NCBI RefSeq assembly: GCF_046119375.1
Contig: NW_027362764.1
Coordinates: 411,122,001-411,186,000, forward strand
Length of the DNA stretch: 64,000 bases
Source: Phyllobates terribilis
Lineage: Eukaryota
Direction of reading: 5' to 3'
Of this stretch, positions 10,157-22,459 are shown one piece after another. Position numbers and translations under genes: made by a program. The notes under the pieces are model-generated. The model was given only the letters and a program-made list of their open reading frames with translations. It was not told the origin of the DNA and did not search any database. The stretch's first letter is position 1. The number at the start of each line of letters is the position of its first letter.

Positions 10157-13100
10157 ATGGGCAAGACGGTCTGGTGATGGTGCGTATAGAAGACGAGGCC
10201 GTGGGTAAGGTGAAAATGTGCCACAACCAACAGCCACATCTTCTCGCTCCCACTTCTTGACTGAATTACTAGGGAAGCACACTACAACACCAGTATTGCG
10301 AACTGATCAGTGTGAACAGGTTATTAATTGGATAGCAGATAATACTTCCAGTTACCTGGGCACCACCACCTCCGGTCCGTCTTCCACACGGTCAAGTTTT
10401 AGTAGCCATGAGTCTCGACCACATACTCCTCCTCACTCTGATGCTCCTTCCTCCCACCATGCCGAGTGTCGTCAGACAGCAACTGATCCCACAGTTGGAC
10501 ACTCTGAAGAGCTGTTCGCTGGTCCATTTCCATATTTGTGCCCCTCACCTGCTCCGCTTGAAGTGGTGGAAGAGGAGATCCCATTTAGCGATGCCCAAAT
10601 ATTTGAACAGACACGGCCACAGGAAGTCGATGCTGGCAATTTGTCACAAGAGGTGGACGATGACAAGACAGGATTGCCAGGAAGTAAGGAGGAGGATCGT
10701 GGTGAGCAAGTGGAAGAGGAGGAGGTGGTGGATGATCTACTAACTGACCCAATGTGGCAGGAGGACACGAAGAGCGAGGCCAGCAGCACTCAGGGGGAGG
10801 GAGGCAGAGTACCCCAACTGGCAGGAAGGAGCAGTGTGGTGGCCGCACACAGAAGGCAAGCAACAGTTCCCCGTAACACCAACACGAGGGACATTGCCAG
10901 TACAACCGGTAGGTCTTCCAGAGTCTGGAATTTTTTTAAAGACTCTGCTGATAACCCCAAAAATGCCATTTGTACCACCTGCCATGTCAGCATCAGCAGG
11001 GGTGACAAAACTACCAGCCTGACCACCACCAGCATGATCAGGCACATGGCAGCAAAGCACCCAACTTTGTGGGGCGAAACCCAGGGTCCACGACTAGTGT
11101 CAGCGGGTGTCACCACTGCTTTTTCTGCTGTTGTGCATGCAATAGAACCCCCTGTTGTGTGTGCAAGGCAATCCCCTGTCCATACTGCATGCAAAGATGC
11201 CCCCTCCTCTCAGTCTTCACTTGTTATGGCAGTTTCTCAAGAAACAGCATCAACGTCCACGTCCACGTCCCACCGCAGCGTTCAATTGTCCATATCCAAG
11301 ACCTTTGAATGAAAGTGCAAATTCGCAGCCAATGCCCCACAGGCCACAGTCCTAAATTCGCACATTTCATGACTGCTTACATTGGAAATGCTGCCTTTTA
11401 GGCTGGTGGAGACAGAATCCTTCTGCAACCTTATGGCGGTGGCCGTCCCTCGGTACTCGGTCTCCAGCCGACACTATTTTGCCCGGTGTGCCATCCCCGC
11501 ACTACACAAGCACGTGTCCCAAACATCTGCCATGCCATCAACAACGCAGTTACTGGGAGAGTAAACCTGACAACGGACACGTGGACAAGTGGTTGTGGCC
11601 AGGGATGGTACATCTCCCTGACGGCACACTGGATAAACATAGTGGAAACCTGGACCCAGTCGGACCTTGGGACGGAACACATCCTCCCCACACCGAGGAT
11701 TGCGGGCCCTATGTCAGTCAGAGTTGCCCCCACAGTGTACAGCTCCTGCGCATTATCCTCCTCCTCCTCCTTATGTTCAGCCTCCATCTCAGATATCACC
11801 ACATCAGTTACAAGCTGGAAGCACTGCAGTACTGCCTCAGCCAAGAGGCAACAGGCTGTGCTGAAACTCATAAGCTTAGGTGATAAGCCTCACACTGCTT
11901 GTGAGTTGTGGACAGCTGTGAAAGAGCAGGCAGATCTGTGGCTGACACCGCTGAACCTACATCCAGGCATGGTCGTGTGTGACAATGGCCGTAACCTGGT
12001 GGCGGCTCTGAGGCGAGGCGAGATCACACACGTACCATGCCTGGCTCATGTGCTTAACCTCGTGGTTCAGCGGTTTCTTAAATCGTACCCCGATTTGCCA
12101 GATCTGCTCGTCAAAGTACACCGCCTGTCAGCTCATTTTCGGAAGTCGGCTACAGCTTCCGCCGCCCTTGCTGTGTTGCAGCAGCGTATGCAGCTTCCGG
12201 CACACCGACTGGTGTGTGATGTCCCCACTCGTTGGAACTCTACCCTCCACATGTTGCAAAGGATTTGTGAGCAGAAGAGAGCAGTTGTGGAGTACCAGCT
12301 GCAACAAGGCCGTCGATATTCAGGTCAGACTCCACACATAAGACCTCAGGAGTGTACCTGGATGTCTGACATATGTACCATCCTGACAAACTTTGAGGAG
12401 TCCACCAAGATGGTGAGTGGCAATGACGCCATCATTAGCATCAGCATCCCACTTGTCAGTCTTTTGCAACGCTCTCTGCAGAGAATTAAAGAGGAGACAT
12501 TGAAGCCAGAGTATGATGAGATGGATCAAGAAGCTGTAACGGGCGATTACACACAGCCCAGCCTCATCTCATCCCAACGTGCATTGGGGGACAATGGGGG
12601 AGAGGAGGAGAAGAAGGAGGAAGAACAGGAACTTGTTACCTGTCTGGCACGCATGGCTGACTTTATGTTACGCTGCCTTAACCGTGACCCTCGCGTTATC
12701 AAAATGTTGGGTGACAGTCAGTACAGGTTGGTGACACTTTTAGACCCCCGCTACAAGGAGAACTTTCACTCTCTTATTCCTGAGGTGGAGAGGTCTACAA
12801 AAATGGGGCAGTACCAGAAGGCCCTTACTGCAGAACTGTTAAAAAAATTCCCATCTGAACACGTTAGCGGCCGAGGTCACAGTTCGTTGCCGAACCAAGG
12901 CGTACAGGCGAGAGAGACGCATCTCCAATCCAGCAGAGGCAGTTCTTGGACAGTTTTCTGAGCCCCCCCCCGCTAACAGGCCCTGAGGCGCGGGGTACTC
13001 TCACAAGGAGTGGAAAGTTTCAAAAGATGGTGAGGGAGCACCTTGCCGACCGTACCAGCATCCTCCGTGATTCCTCTGTGCCTTTTTTTGGAATGAACTA

Positions 13101-13304
13101 GCTCTGTACGCCTTGGAGGTCCTGGCCTGCCCTGCCACTAGCGTGTTATCGGAGCGTGTTTTTAGTGCCGCTGGGGTAATTATAACTGATAAGTGCACTC
13201 GCTTGTCAATTGACAATGCTGACAAGCTGACCCTTATCAAAATGAACAAGGGCTGGACTGGGCCAGACTTCTCATCACCACCAAATGACAGCAGAGTAAC
13301 ATAA
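10157..13304 (+). pseudogene. hAT (BED-finger, ZBED-like) transposase pseudogene
   Basis: BED finger VWNFF...CTTCHVSISRG...MIRHMAAKHP; TTDTW, VCDNG, CLAHVLNL, CDVPTRWNST, DPRYK and ACPATSVLSERVFSAAG motifs split over ORFs 10218-11312, 11382-11564, 11486-12961 and 13113-13304 by stops and frameshifts. Start position approximate. Confidence 0.92.
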
Positions 13305-13629
13305 AGTCAAATCCACTGTGTTATTTCGGGGGGTGTATTCCCATGCACCGCTTCACACCCACACATGGGTATACGCTTCCTAATTTCGGCTGTATTTTGC
13401 TCTTCTCCTTATCCTCAGCCTCCACCACCACTATTCCACCAGGGTGACCATCCTAATTTTTAGCAGCTTTTGCTTGGAAGGCATAGGCAAAGACTATGGG
13501 AGACCCACTCCCCAATAATGGGAATAATGTTTTTAATATGCTGTACTGCATGGCTCTTGTTGCCAGCATTGCAAGTTCCTCCCGAATAATGGGAATAATG
13601 TTTTGATTATGCTGTACTGCATGGCTCTT

Positions 13630-16070
13630 GCAAGGGGCATGAAAACCGTCTTGTTAAGCTACTCTGAACTCCACGTCTCTTCCAAGGGGCATTAAAACCG
13701 TCTTGTTAAGCTACTGTGACCTCCACGTCTCTTCCAAGGGGCATTAAACCGTCTTGTTAAGCTACTGTGACCTCCACCACTCTTCCAAGGGGCATTAAAA
13801 CTGTCTTGTTAAGCTACTGTGACCTCCACGTCTCTTCTAAGGGGCATTAAAACCGTATTGTTAAGCTACTGTGACCTCCACCACTCTTCCAAGGGGCATT
13901 AAAACCGTCTTGTTAAGCTACTGTGACCTCCACCACTCTTCCAAGGGGCATTAAAACCGTCTTGTTAAGCTACTGTGACCTCCACCTCTCTTCCAAGGGG
14001 CATTAAAACTGTCTTGTTAAGCTACTGTGACCTCCACGTCTCTTCTAAGGGGCATTAAAACCATATTGTTAAGCTACTGTGACCTCCACCACTCTTCCAA
14101 GGGGCATTAAAACTGTCTTGTTAAGCTACTGTGACCTCCGCCACTCTTCCAAGGGGCATTAAAACCGTCTTCTTAAACTACTGTGACCTCCACTTCTCTT
14201 CGAAAGGGCTTTAAAATCGTCTTGTTAAGCTACTCTGAACTCCACGTCTCTTCCAAGGGGCATTAAAACCGTCTTGTTAAGCTACTGTGACCTCCACATC
14301 TCTTCCAAGGGGAATTAAAACCGTCTTGTTAAGCTACTGTGACCTCCACCACTCTTCCAAGGAGCATTAAAACCGTCTTGTTAAGCTACTGTGACCTCCA
14401 CCACTCTTCCAAGGGGCATTAAAACTGTCTTGTTAAGCTACTGTGATCTCCACGTCTCTTCTAAGGGGCATTAAAACCGTATTGTTAAGCTACTGTGACC
14501 TCCACCACTCTTCGAAGGGGCATTAAAACCGTCTTGTTAAGCTACTGTGACCTCCACCACTCTTCCAAGGGGCATTAAAACCGTCTTGTTAAACTACTGT
14601 GACCTCCACTTCTCTTCGAAAGGGCATTAAAACCGTCTTGTTAAGCTACTGTGACCTCCACCACTCTTCCAAGGGGCATTAAAACCGTCTTGTTAAGCTA
14701 CTGTGACCTCCACCACTCTTCCAAGGGGCATTAAAACCGTCTTGTTAAGCTACTGTGACCTCCACCTCTCTTCCAAGGGGCATTAAAACTGTCTTGTTAA
14801 GCTACTGTGACCTCCACGTCTCTTCTAAGGGGCATTAAAACCATATTGTTAAGCTACTGTGACCTCCACCACTCTTCCAAGGGGCATTAAAACTGTCTTG
14901 TTAAGCTACTGTGACCTCCGCCACTCTTCCAAGGGGCATTAAAACCGTCTTCTTAAACTACTGTGACCTCCACTTCTCTTCGAAAGGGCTTTAAAATCGT
15001 CTTGTTAAGCTACTCTGAACTCCACGTCTCTTCCAAGGGGCATTAAAACCGTCTTGTTAAGCTACTGTGACCTCCACATCTCTTCCAAGGGGAATTAAAA
15101 CCGTCTTGTTAAGCTACTGTGACCTCCACCACTCTTCCAAGGAGCATTAAAACCGTCTTGTTAAGCTACTGTGACCTCCACCACTCTTCCAAGGGGCATT
15201 AAAACTGTCTTGTTAAGCTACTGTGATCTCCACGTCTCTTCTAAGGGGCATTAAAACCGTATTGTTAAGCTACTGTGACCTCCACCACTCTTCCAAGGGG
15301 CATTAAAACCGTCTTGTTAAGCTACTGTGACCTCCACCACTCTTCCAAGGGGCATTAAAACCGTCTTGTTAAACTACTGTGACCTCCACTTCTCTTCGAA
15401 AGGGCATTAAAACCGTCTTGTTAAGCTACTGTGACCTCCACCACTCTTCCAAGGGGCATTAAAACTGTCTTGTTAAGCTACTGTGACCTCCACCACTCTT
15501 CCAGGGGGCATTAAAACTGTCTTGTTAAGCTACTGTGACCTCCACGTCTCTTCTAAGGGGCATTAAAACCATATTGTTAAGCTACTGTGACCTCCACCAC
15601 TCTTCCAAGGGGCATTAAAACTGTCTTGTTAAGCTACTGTGACCTCCACCACTCTTCCAAGGGGCATTAAAACCGTCTTGTTAAGCTACTGTGACCTCCA
15701 CCACTCTTCCAAGGGGCATTAAAACTGTCTTGTTAAGCCACTGTGACCTCCACAGCTCTTCCAAGGGGCATTAAAACCGTCTTGTTAAGCTACTGTGACC
15801 TCCACCACTCTTCCAAGGGGCATTGATATTGTCTTTTTATTCCACTGCGACCTCCTCCACTCTTCCAAGGGGCATTGAAACTGTCTTGTTAAGCTACTGT
15901 GACCTCCACCACTCTTCCAAGGAGCATTAAAACCGTCTTGTTAAACCACTCTGAACTCCACAGCTCTTCCAAGGGGCATTGAAACCGTCTTGCTAAACCA
16001 CTCTGAACTCCACAGCTCTTCCAAGGGGCATTGAAATGTTGTTTTTAATTACCTCTAACCTCCACGACTC
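13630..16070. repeat. 52-bp minisatellite array (~47 copies) with a 780-bp higher-order duplication
   Basis: Unit TCTTCCAAGGGGCATTAAAACCGTCTTGTTAAGCTACTGTGACCTCCACCAC; variant order at 13981-14640 repeats at +780 bp. Confidence 0.95.
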
Positions 16071-16599
16071 TTATAACGGGCATTGCATTTCCTCCTCGCA
16101 TTTTTTAGTCAGCTTTTGCTTTTGCTTTTCAATGCATAGGTGAGCACTAAGGGAGACCCACTCCCCAATAATGGGTAGAAGGTATTTAGTATGCTGTAAT
16201 CCACGTCTGTTTCAAGGGGCATTGCAGTTCCTCATAATTTTTGGAAAGCCTTGCATTCACTGCATTGGCCAACAGTGTACAGGAGACCCAGTTTCTATAA
16301 ATGGAAAAAACGGTTTAGTTAAGGCCCTCTGACCTCCATGTCACTTCCAAGGGGCATTGGAGTGCCTCAAAATTTTTGGTAGGCATTGCACTCACCGTAT
16401 GCCCTATAATTGTGGAGCCGAACCGCTCCTTTTGGTACAGAAACATATCCTACAAGACATGTGTGGTTGGCCTGATATTGATGTATATGGTCTCTGTTCC
16501 TCCTGCTCTTTCTCCTTTGCCACCACCTCATCCATCATTCATCACCTGAAGCTTTTAACGGGAGTCATAGAACTGGGATAGTAGCAGGAAAGCATCGAG

Positions 16600-16975
16600 C
16601 ATTCCTCGGAGGAGGTAGGATATGTGCCAAAACGCTGACCACCTCAGGCCTAGCTGCTACTACATACATGCACTTGCATTCCAAGGAACAGAAAGCTAAG
16701 GAGATGGATGGCCTCATGATCATGAATAATTTACTCGTTGTGCAGGAGGCCGACCACTGCTGCTGTCTACCTTCTGAACTTTGTGTTGAAGCCTGATTGA
16801 CCCAGGACCTGCAATCCTTTATATCTGGAGGACGTGTTGCATCCCAGTGTCCAACTGTGTCCCGGCTTCCACAATATTAACCCAGTGTGAAGGCGTATGT
16901 CAGATGGACCATCCCTGTCCACATTCACTTATCCATGTGTTTGTGGTTAGGTTATCCTTCAAATAGGGGCGGCTG
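16600..16975 (-). pseudogene. Inverted degenerate fragment of a related hAT transposase inside the element
   Basis: Minus strand reads TTNTWISECGQGWSI*HTPSHWVNIVEAGTQLDTGMQHVLQI*RIAGP versus TTDTWTSGCGQGWYISLTAHWINIVETWTQSDLGTEHILPTPRIAGP in the main ORF. Confidence 0.75.
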
Positions 16976-18069
16976 GGGACCGTTTGTGGACACCCGGCCG
17001 CCGACAGGCAGCCGGGGACCGTGTGTGGGCACCCGGCTGCGGGGGCGGCTGGGGACTGAGTATGGATACCAGGTCGCCGACGCAGCCATGACGTGGTGGC
17101 CAGATTCCGCCTCCACATGCCTAAAAGGCCCAATTTCAAGTGCAAGCAAGCAGTATGGTATTGCAGCCTGGGGGTGGGTGGGTGGCAGGCTGCATACTTG
17201 CGCTTGCATTCATGGAATGGGGGAGGTACAATTGAACACTGCCCTGGGACAAGGACTTGCACGGGAATAGTTGCAAGTCACACTTTTAGGCAGTGACCTG
17301 GGTGTCAGAGATACTTCCAGGGGTCTTCCCAATGCTGTTCCAATGTCTTTTCAGCACTCTATGCATGTGTCACACAGCACATGGCCAGATAAGGTTGTAA
17401 AATGTTAAAATTACATTTCCCGGTGAATGCATTTGTCACGGTTGAAAGCAATACAAAAGTGCAAAAACTAATAAAAAACGCTACTTGTGAACATAGCCCA
17501 AGGTGTGGAGGAGTATTTTTGTTTTTGGTTATTTATTTTACCTCATACACATGTCTTTACCCTGGAAAGGAAGTTCCTTAACATATTTCACAAGAAAACC
17601 ATTTTAGTTTTGTTTTTGAACGTTTTATTGTGAGGCCGGAAAAGTGGCTTAATACCTCTGACCACGTTGTTGACAGCAGTGACCTGGGGGTCAGAAATGC
17701 TTCCTTGGGCGATCACCCATGCTGTCCCCATGTCACTTGAGCACTGTCACTATCGTTTTGGGCACTTTTTAGGCTTTCTACAGACTGCCAGGGGTGCTGC
17801 CGCAAAAATGCTCGGGTCTCCCATAGACTAACTTTGGGCTCGTTGCTCGGGTCGAGCACCCGAGTATCACGGTGAGCTCGGCCCGAGCTTCGAGCACCCG
17901 AGCATTTTAGTGTTCGCTAAACACTAGTTATATGTAATTAAATGTAGATGCGATACATGAATCACACACGTGCATAAACATACACACCAAAAGGGCCACA
18001 GGGAGATAACACATAATAAAGTAGCATTGACAATAATATATATATCACAGATAGCGCTGAAAAGTTTTT

Positions 18070-18450
18070 TAATGGTACTGGTTTTGCGTCCGGATTTTAG
18101 GGACGGCCAATAAAGCTGGGTGGGATGGGTCATTCCCATACCCTCCAGATCTAGGCTTTGGAATGGTCTATTTAAGGCAGGTCAGCTGACTCATTCACTA
18201 TCTGTGTGTGGGAGGAGGGACAGACTCTGATATTGATTAGTCTCTGTCTGAGACTGAGATTTGGACTTGGGTCTAAATGGCTTTACCCGTTTGTGAACTG
18301 TTTTTCTTTTGTTTACCATTTTAACTAAGAAAAGGCTATTTTGTGAGCTGGGACTATTTTACCTGGGCTTTAATAAACTGCTCACTGGTTGATAGAAGAA
18401 CTTTGTGGCTGTGCGTACCGAAGCATCTACCAGAGAACTGATTCCCTACA
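18070..18450 (+). mobile_element. Possible solo LTR remnant
   Basis: TATTTAA, a later AATAAA and an end in CCCTACA; no 5' TG end or TSD found. Confidence 0.3.
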
Positions 18451-20174
18451 GGCTGTATGTCAACAGAATATCCATTTGACATTTCTTTTTTTCAACCAAA
18501 CACGTACCTGACAACATTCTGAAATACATATTTATTGTGGAAAAAAAAGTTCACTATGTGGAACAATACAATGGCATACTGTACAGAGCAAATTATTTCT
18601 ATCCACTATATACCTCGTAAGATTTTCCAAATACATATGCCAGAGGAAAACATGAAATATGGTATAAACAGAGTTACAATCGACATATATATGCATACTT
18701 TACCAATTGTCTCATTATATGAATAGAAATTCATGTTTCGTGGTATCCTTTTATCACGTTCCACTTGAATTAAAAATATGACTATACTCTTCAATAGAGT
18801 TGACAAAAATAGCAACAAATCCTGCCTGAACGTATGCCAAAAATCAGGATCTATAGTATAGATTATATAGGTATAGTATAGATCATATAGTATTAATGTG
18901 TAGTCCATAGAGATGAAACCAGAGGCCTTACCTCTCACTGAAAAAAGGGGCAAAGGGTGTTGATGTTTGCCAACCATATGTATGCCAAAAGGGCACTCTG
19001 ACATACTTTGGATCTTTTTTGTCCTATACAATTGTTCAGTACTTGTTCAGAGCATTTCCAAACATATAAGCTGAACATACACTATATACAGTATAGAGTG
19101 TGCACATACCCTTTCCTTTCCTTTATTTCACAGAACTAAAACATTGCTGCTAGTACACGAAATTGTAGGATATGCAGAAAACATAAAATTAAAATTTACT
19201 TAAAAAAAAATCACCATCATTATTTATGTGCAAGAATAGCAACTTGTTAATGGTGCCAAAAATACAGAATTTTTAGAATCTAATTCTAGATGGATACAGT
19301 ACATGTCACATTGCTACTAATTTACTTAAAATAAATCAAAAGTCAGAAAAAGACATGCAAGTCACATTTAAGATCTGAGTGTATGGAGAAGTCAAGTAGC
19401 TGTGAACACTTTATACTCGGTAGGCGCAGATTGTGCTATACTCCACCATGGCACCAATTATCTATTGCCTTGGGTGGGAAAGAATCCAATAAAATAAACA
19501 GCACTTTATTGTCAGCAAGAATTATAAAATCAATATAATTGGGCATGTAATAATGAGCTTATAACATCTGTATAACAATGACGGTATTCTATTTATAAAA
19601 AATAGAGCAATGGAAAGTAAATTAATTGCCCAAAAATTGCAGTCATTATTTTGGTGTCACTTTCCTAAGGTCTCATTCATGTAGTGGTACTGTGACTTCA
19701 TTCAAGCTCTTCGATTAACAAACCCATATCATGATACACAAGTACTGTAAATCTCTTTTCACATGGAAGCATAGTGTTTTTCAGTGGGATTTATACGAGT
19801 GATGCTAGGGGCACTATCATTTGGACTGTTTTGAATATGCCTTTAATACAATATGGAAAAAAAAATAAGACAAAAAAAAATTTCAATGAACAATATGGAT
19901 TTGGAACAAATAACTGTTTCTGTATGTCTAAATCAGTACAGTCCAAATTTAGATTTTTTTGTAGGATCCAAATTTCCACATCAATGCTATAATGAGATAA
20001 ACTGGAGGAAAACCTAAAAATACTGTTGTTTTAGTATTTTTAGTTATAAATTATCCCTTGAAAATTAGATTTTCATTCCAAAGTTTATTTATCAAGATAT
20101 TTCAATTGGATAACTGTAAATAAAGACTATGGAGCGAGCAAAAGGGAAATTCTTAAAGGGAACCTGTCACCTTG

Positions 20175-21788
20175 TGTAACATACCTGGCGGCGTCCTTGC
20201 ATAGTGGTCCATCTCCCACTGTGCAAGAGCACGCACTTGATCTCCAATCCAGAATGTCTCTCTGGCTTCCCTCCATGCTGTCTGTTTGCTTCTGTTTCTG
20301 CTTAAGGGCGGCGCCCGATCACTTCCTGTTTTTTGTACCTGCTGCAGGCACACCCCTTGTGCGTCCTCAGCCTATTGCTGTCTGTCACCTGGTATTTAAA
20401 CCAGCTGCTCCAATTAACCCATGCCTGAGCATCTTGCCCTGTCAGTTGGCTTTTTGTCTCTGACATGCCAGGTCCTGTGTATGTTACCTGTTTTGCAGTA
20501 TTTGTTCCTGTGTCTGTACTGTGTCCTACCTGTGTACTCTAACCTGCAGTCTGTACACTCTCTCTAGCCTGTTGTCTTCTGCCTATCCTGGAGGCTGTAT
20601 TTCCAGGCCAGTGTGAACACGCTCCTAGCCTGTTCTTTCCGCCTTCTAGGGGCCGCATACCTAAACCCGTTCCTGTATCTGCCTGCTCTTGTTTGTATAC
20701 TCTTCTAGCCTGTTATCTGTTTTTCTCTATGTCCGTGCCTTCCCTTTTCTTGCAGAATCTGATCCCGTACCTATCTCCTACTCGTTGTCTTTGTACTCCC
20801 GTTTGTGAGTTTGGAGTCCACTCTCTACTTCATTGCAAGTATCCTGTGTGTATCTGGTTCTGCCTTTCCCTTCCAGTCTGTTCCGTGTGAACAGAGCCCT
20901 GTCCCCTCCGCGTCTGCGGTTTCGCTTTGCTCAGCCCTGTCCACCACGTCTGTGGTTTCGCTTTGCTCAGCCCTGTCCACCGCGTCTGTGGTTTCGCTTT
21001 GCTCAGCCCTGTCCACCGCATCTGCGGTTTCGCTTTGCTCAGCCCTGTCCACCGCGTCTGCGGTTTCGCTTTGCTCAGCCCTGTCCACCGCGTCTGCGGT
21101 TTCGCTTTGCTCAGCCCTGTCCACCGCGTCTGCGGTTTCGCTTTGCTCAGCCCTGTCCACCGCGTCTGCGGTTTCGCTTTGCTCAGCCCTGTCCACCGCG
21201 TCTGTGGTTTCGCTTTGCTCAGCCCTGTCCACCGCGTCTGCGGTTTCGCTTTGCTTAGCCATGTCCACCGCGTCTGCGGTTTCGCTTTGCTCAGCCCTGT
21301 CCACCGCGTCTACGGTTTCGCTTTGCTCAGCCCTGTCCACCGCATCTGCGGTTTCGCTTTGCTCAGCCCTGTCCTCCGCGTCTGCGGTTTCGCTTTGCTC
21401 AGTCCTGTCCTCCGCGTCTGCGGTTTCGCTTTGCTCAGCCTTGTCCACCGCGTCTGCGGTTTTGCTTTGCTCTGCCCTGTCCACCGCGTCTGCAGTTTCG
21501 AATTTGTCTCTCAGTCTGTACTGGACCCTACCCAGCCTGCGCTCTAGTCTGCCTGTTCCTGTATTCCCCGGTGTGGGTCAACAGCCGTGTCCGAAGTCTG
21601 ACCTGGAGTAGACCCTGGTCCCTCTGCTCGGTTCCTCCCTGGTGCACTGGCTTCATATGCCGTCATGCGACCTTGGTCGGATCGGGCAGATACTTAGTTA
21701 CGCCCCTCCAGGCACTCTCCGGTTCATGGCACAGTGGAATCACTACATACGCACGCACACGCCACTCAGCCCGGGCATGTGCATTACA
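20175..21788 (+). mobile_element. Solo LTR (1.6 kb)
   Basis: TGTAAC...TTACA ends; perfect 5-bp TSD CCTTG (20170-20174, 21789-21793); orientation inferred from TATTTAAA at ~20393. Confidence 0.88.
20900..21495. repeat. 36-bp tandem array (~16 copies) inside the solo LTR
   Basis: Unit CCACCGCGTCTGCGGTTTCGCTTTGCTCAGCCCTGT. Confidence 0.95.
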
Positions 21789-22459
21789 CCTTGTACATGC
21801 AGTTAAATCTGTGGATAGCATTATATAGAGGAGAGGCCAAGCAGAAAGATATATAGGTTTGTTGGAAACAATTTAGTATATCTTCTATTTGTTCATTGAA
21901 ATCTCTGATGTTTGTATACATTCGAGTCGAGTGGGCTGTTCTACTAGTGATTGACAGCTATCTCCACATGCACAGTCATACAGGAAAGACTGTCAATCAC
22001 TGAGTAGGACCGCCTACTGGACTCATTTGTATGTAAACACTATGGATTTCAGTGAATAAAATGCAAGTTTTAATGAAACTTTTCCCACAAAAATGCATAT
22101 GAATCTGATCAGCGCCTCCTACTCTATAACATCCTGCCTGCAGATCAGATACCATGTTTATCATCAGAAGTTCCCTTTAAATTGCACCTGCCAGTAAGAG
22201 TGTGTCTAAGAAACCTGAAATATTGCAGGATAGGGCAGTGAAACACATTTCCAACTAAACCAGTTCTGTCATTATCTGGCACTCTGCTGCACCAAAATTC
22301 ATGTTGTATGAGTAGTAAAAGACAAAGTAGAGTACAAAATGTGGAAAGGGTCACCAAGAAAATAGAAATCTTTATTAAGGAACAGGACACCAAATAAATA
22401 TGCCAAGTAGAAGATAGCCACATAGAAAAATCTCAAATAAAAAATATGTTGATAGGATA

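Larger units (their letters stand above)
8764..17926 (+). mobile_element. Giant (9.16 kb) hAT DNA transposon, transposase decayed
   Basis: TAGTGTTGAGCGA...TCGCTAAACACTA termini; perfect 8-bp TSD GTTATATG (8756-8763, 17927-17934); subterminal GCTCG/CGAGC motif clusters at both ends. Confidence 0.95.
20157..22176. mobile_element. T2/Kolobok-type MITE split by a solo LTR
   Basis: TTAA|AGGGAACCTGTCA ... AGTTCCCT|TTAA. Confidence 0.8.

Noticed and set aside
9451-10282. Minus-strand repeat ORFs (89 and 164 aa)
   Set aside because: Translations of the 150-bp tandem array.
13630-16070. CRISPR-like regular repeat array
   Set aside because: Monomers are contiguous with no unique spacers, there are no cas genes, and the context is a eukaryotic transposon. 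The same applies to the 110-bp and 36-bp arrays.
20805-21611. 268-aa, 219-aa and 206-aa repeat ORFs
   Set aside because: A stop-free 36-bp repeat inside a solo LTR produces open frames on both strands.
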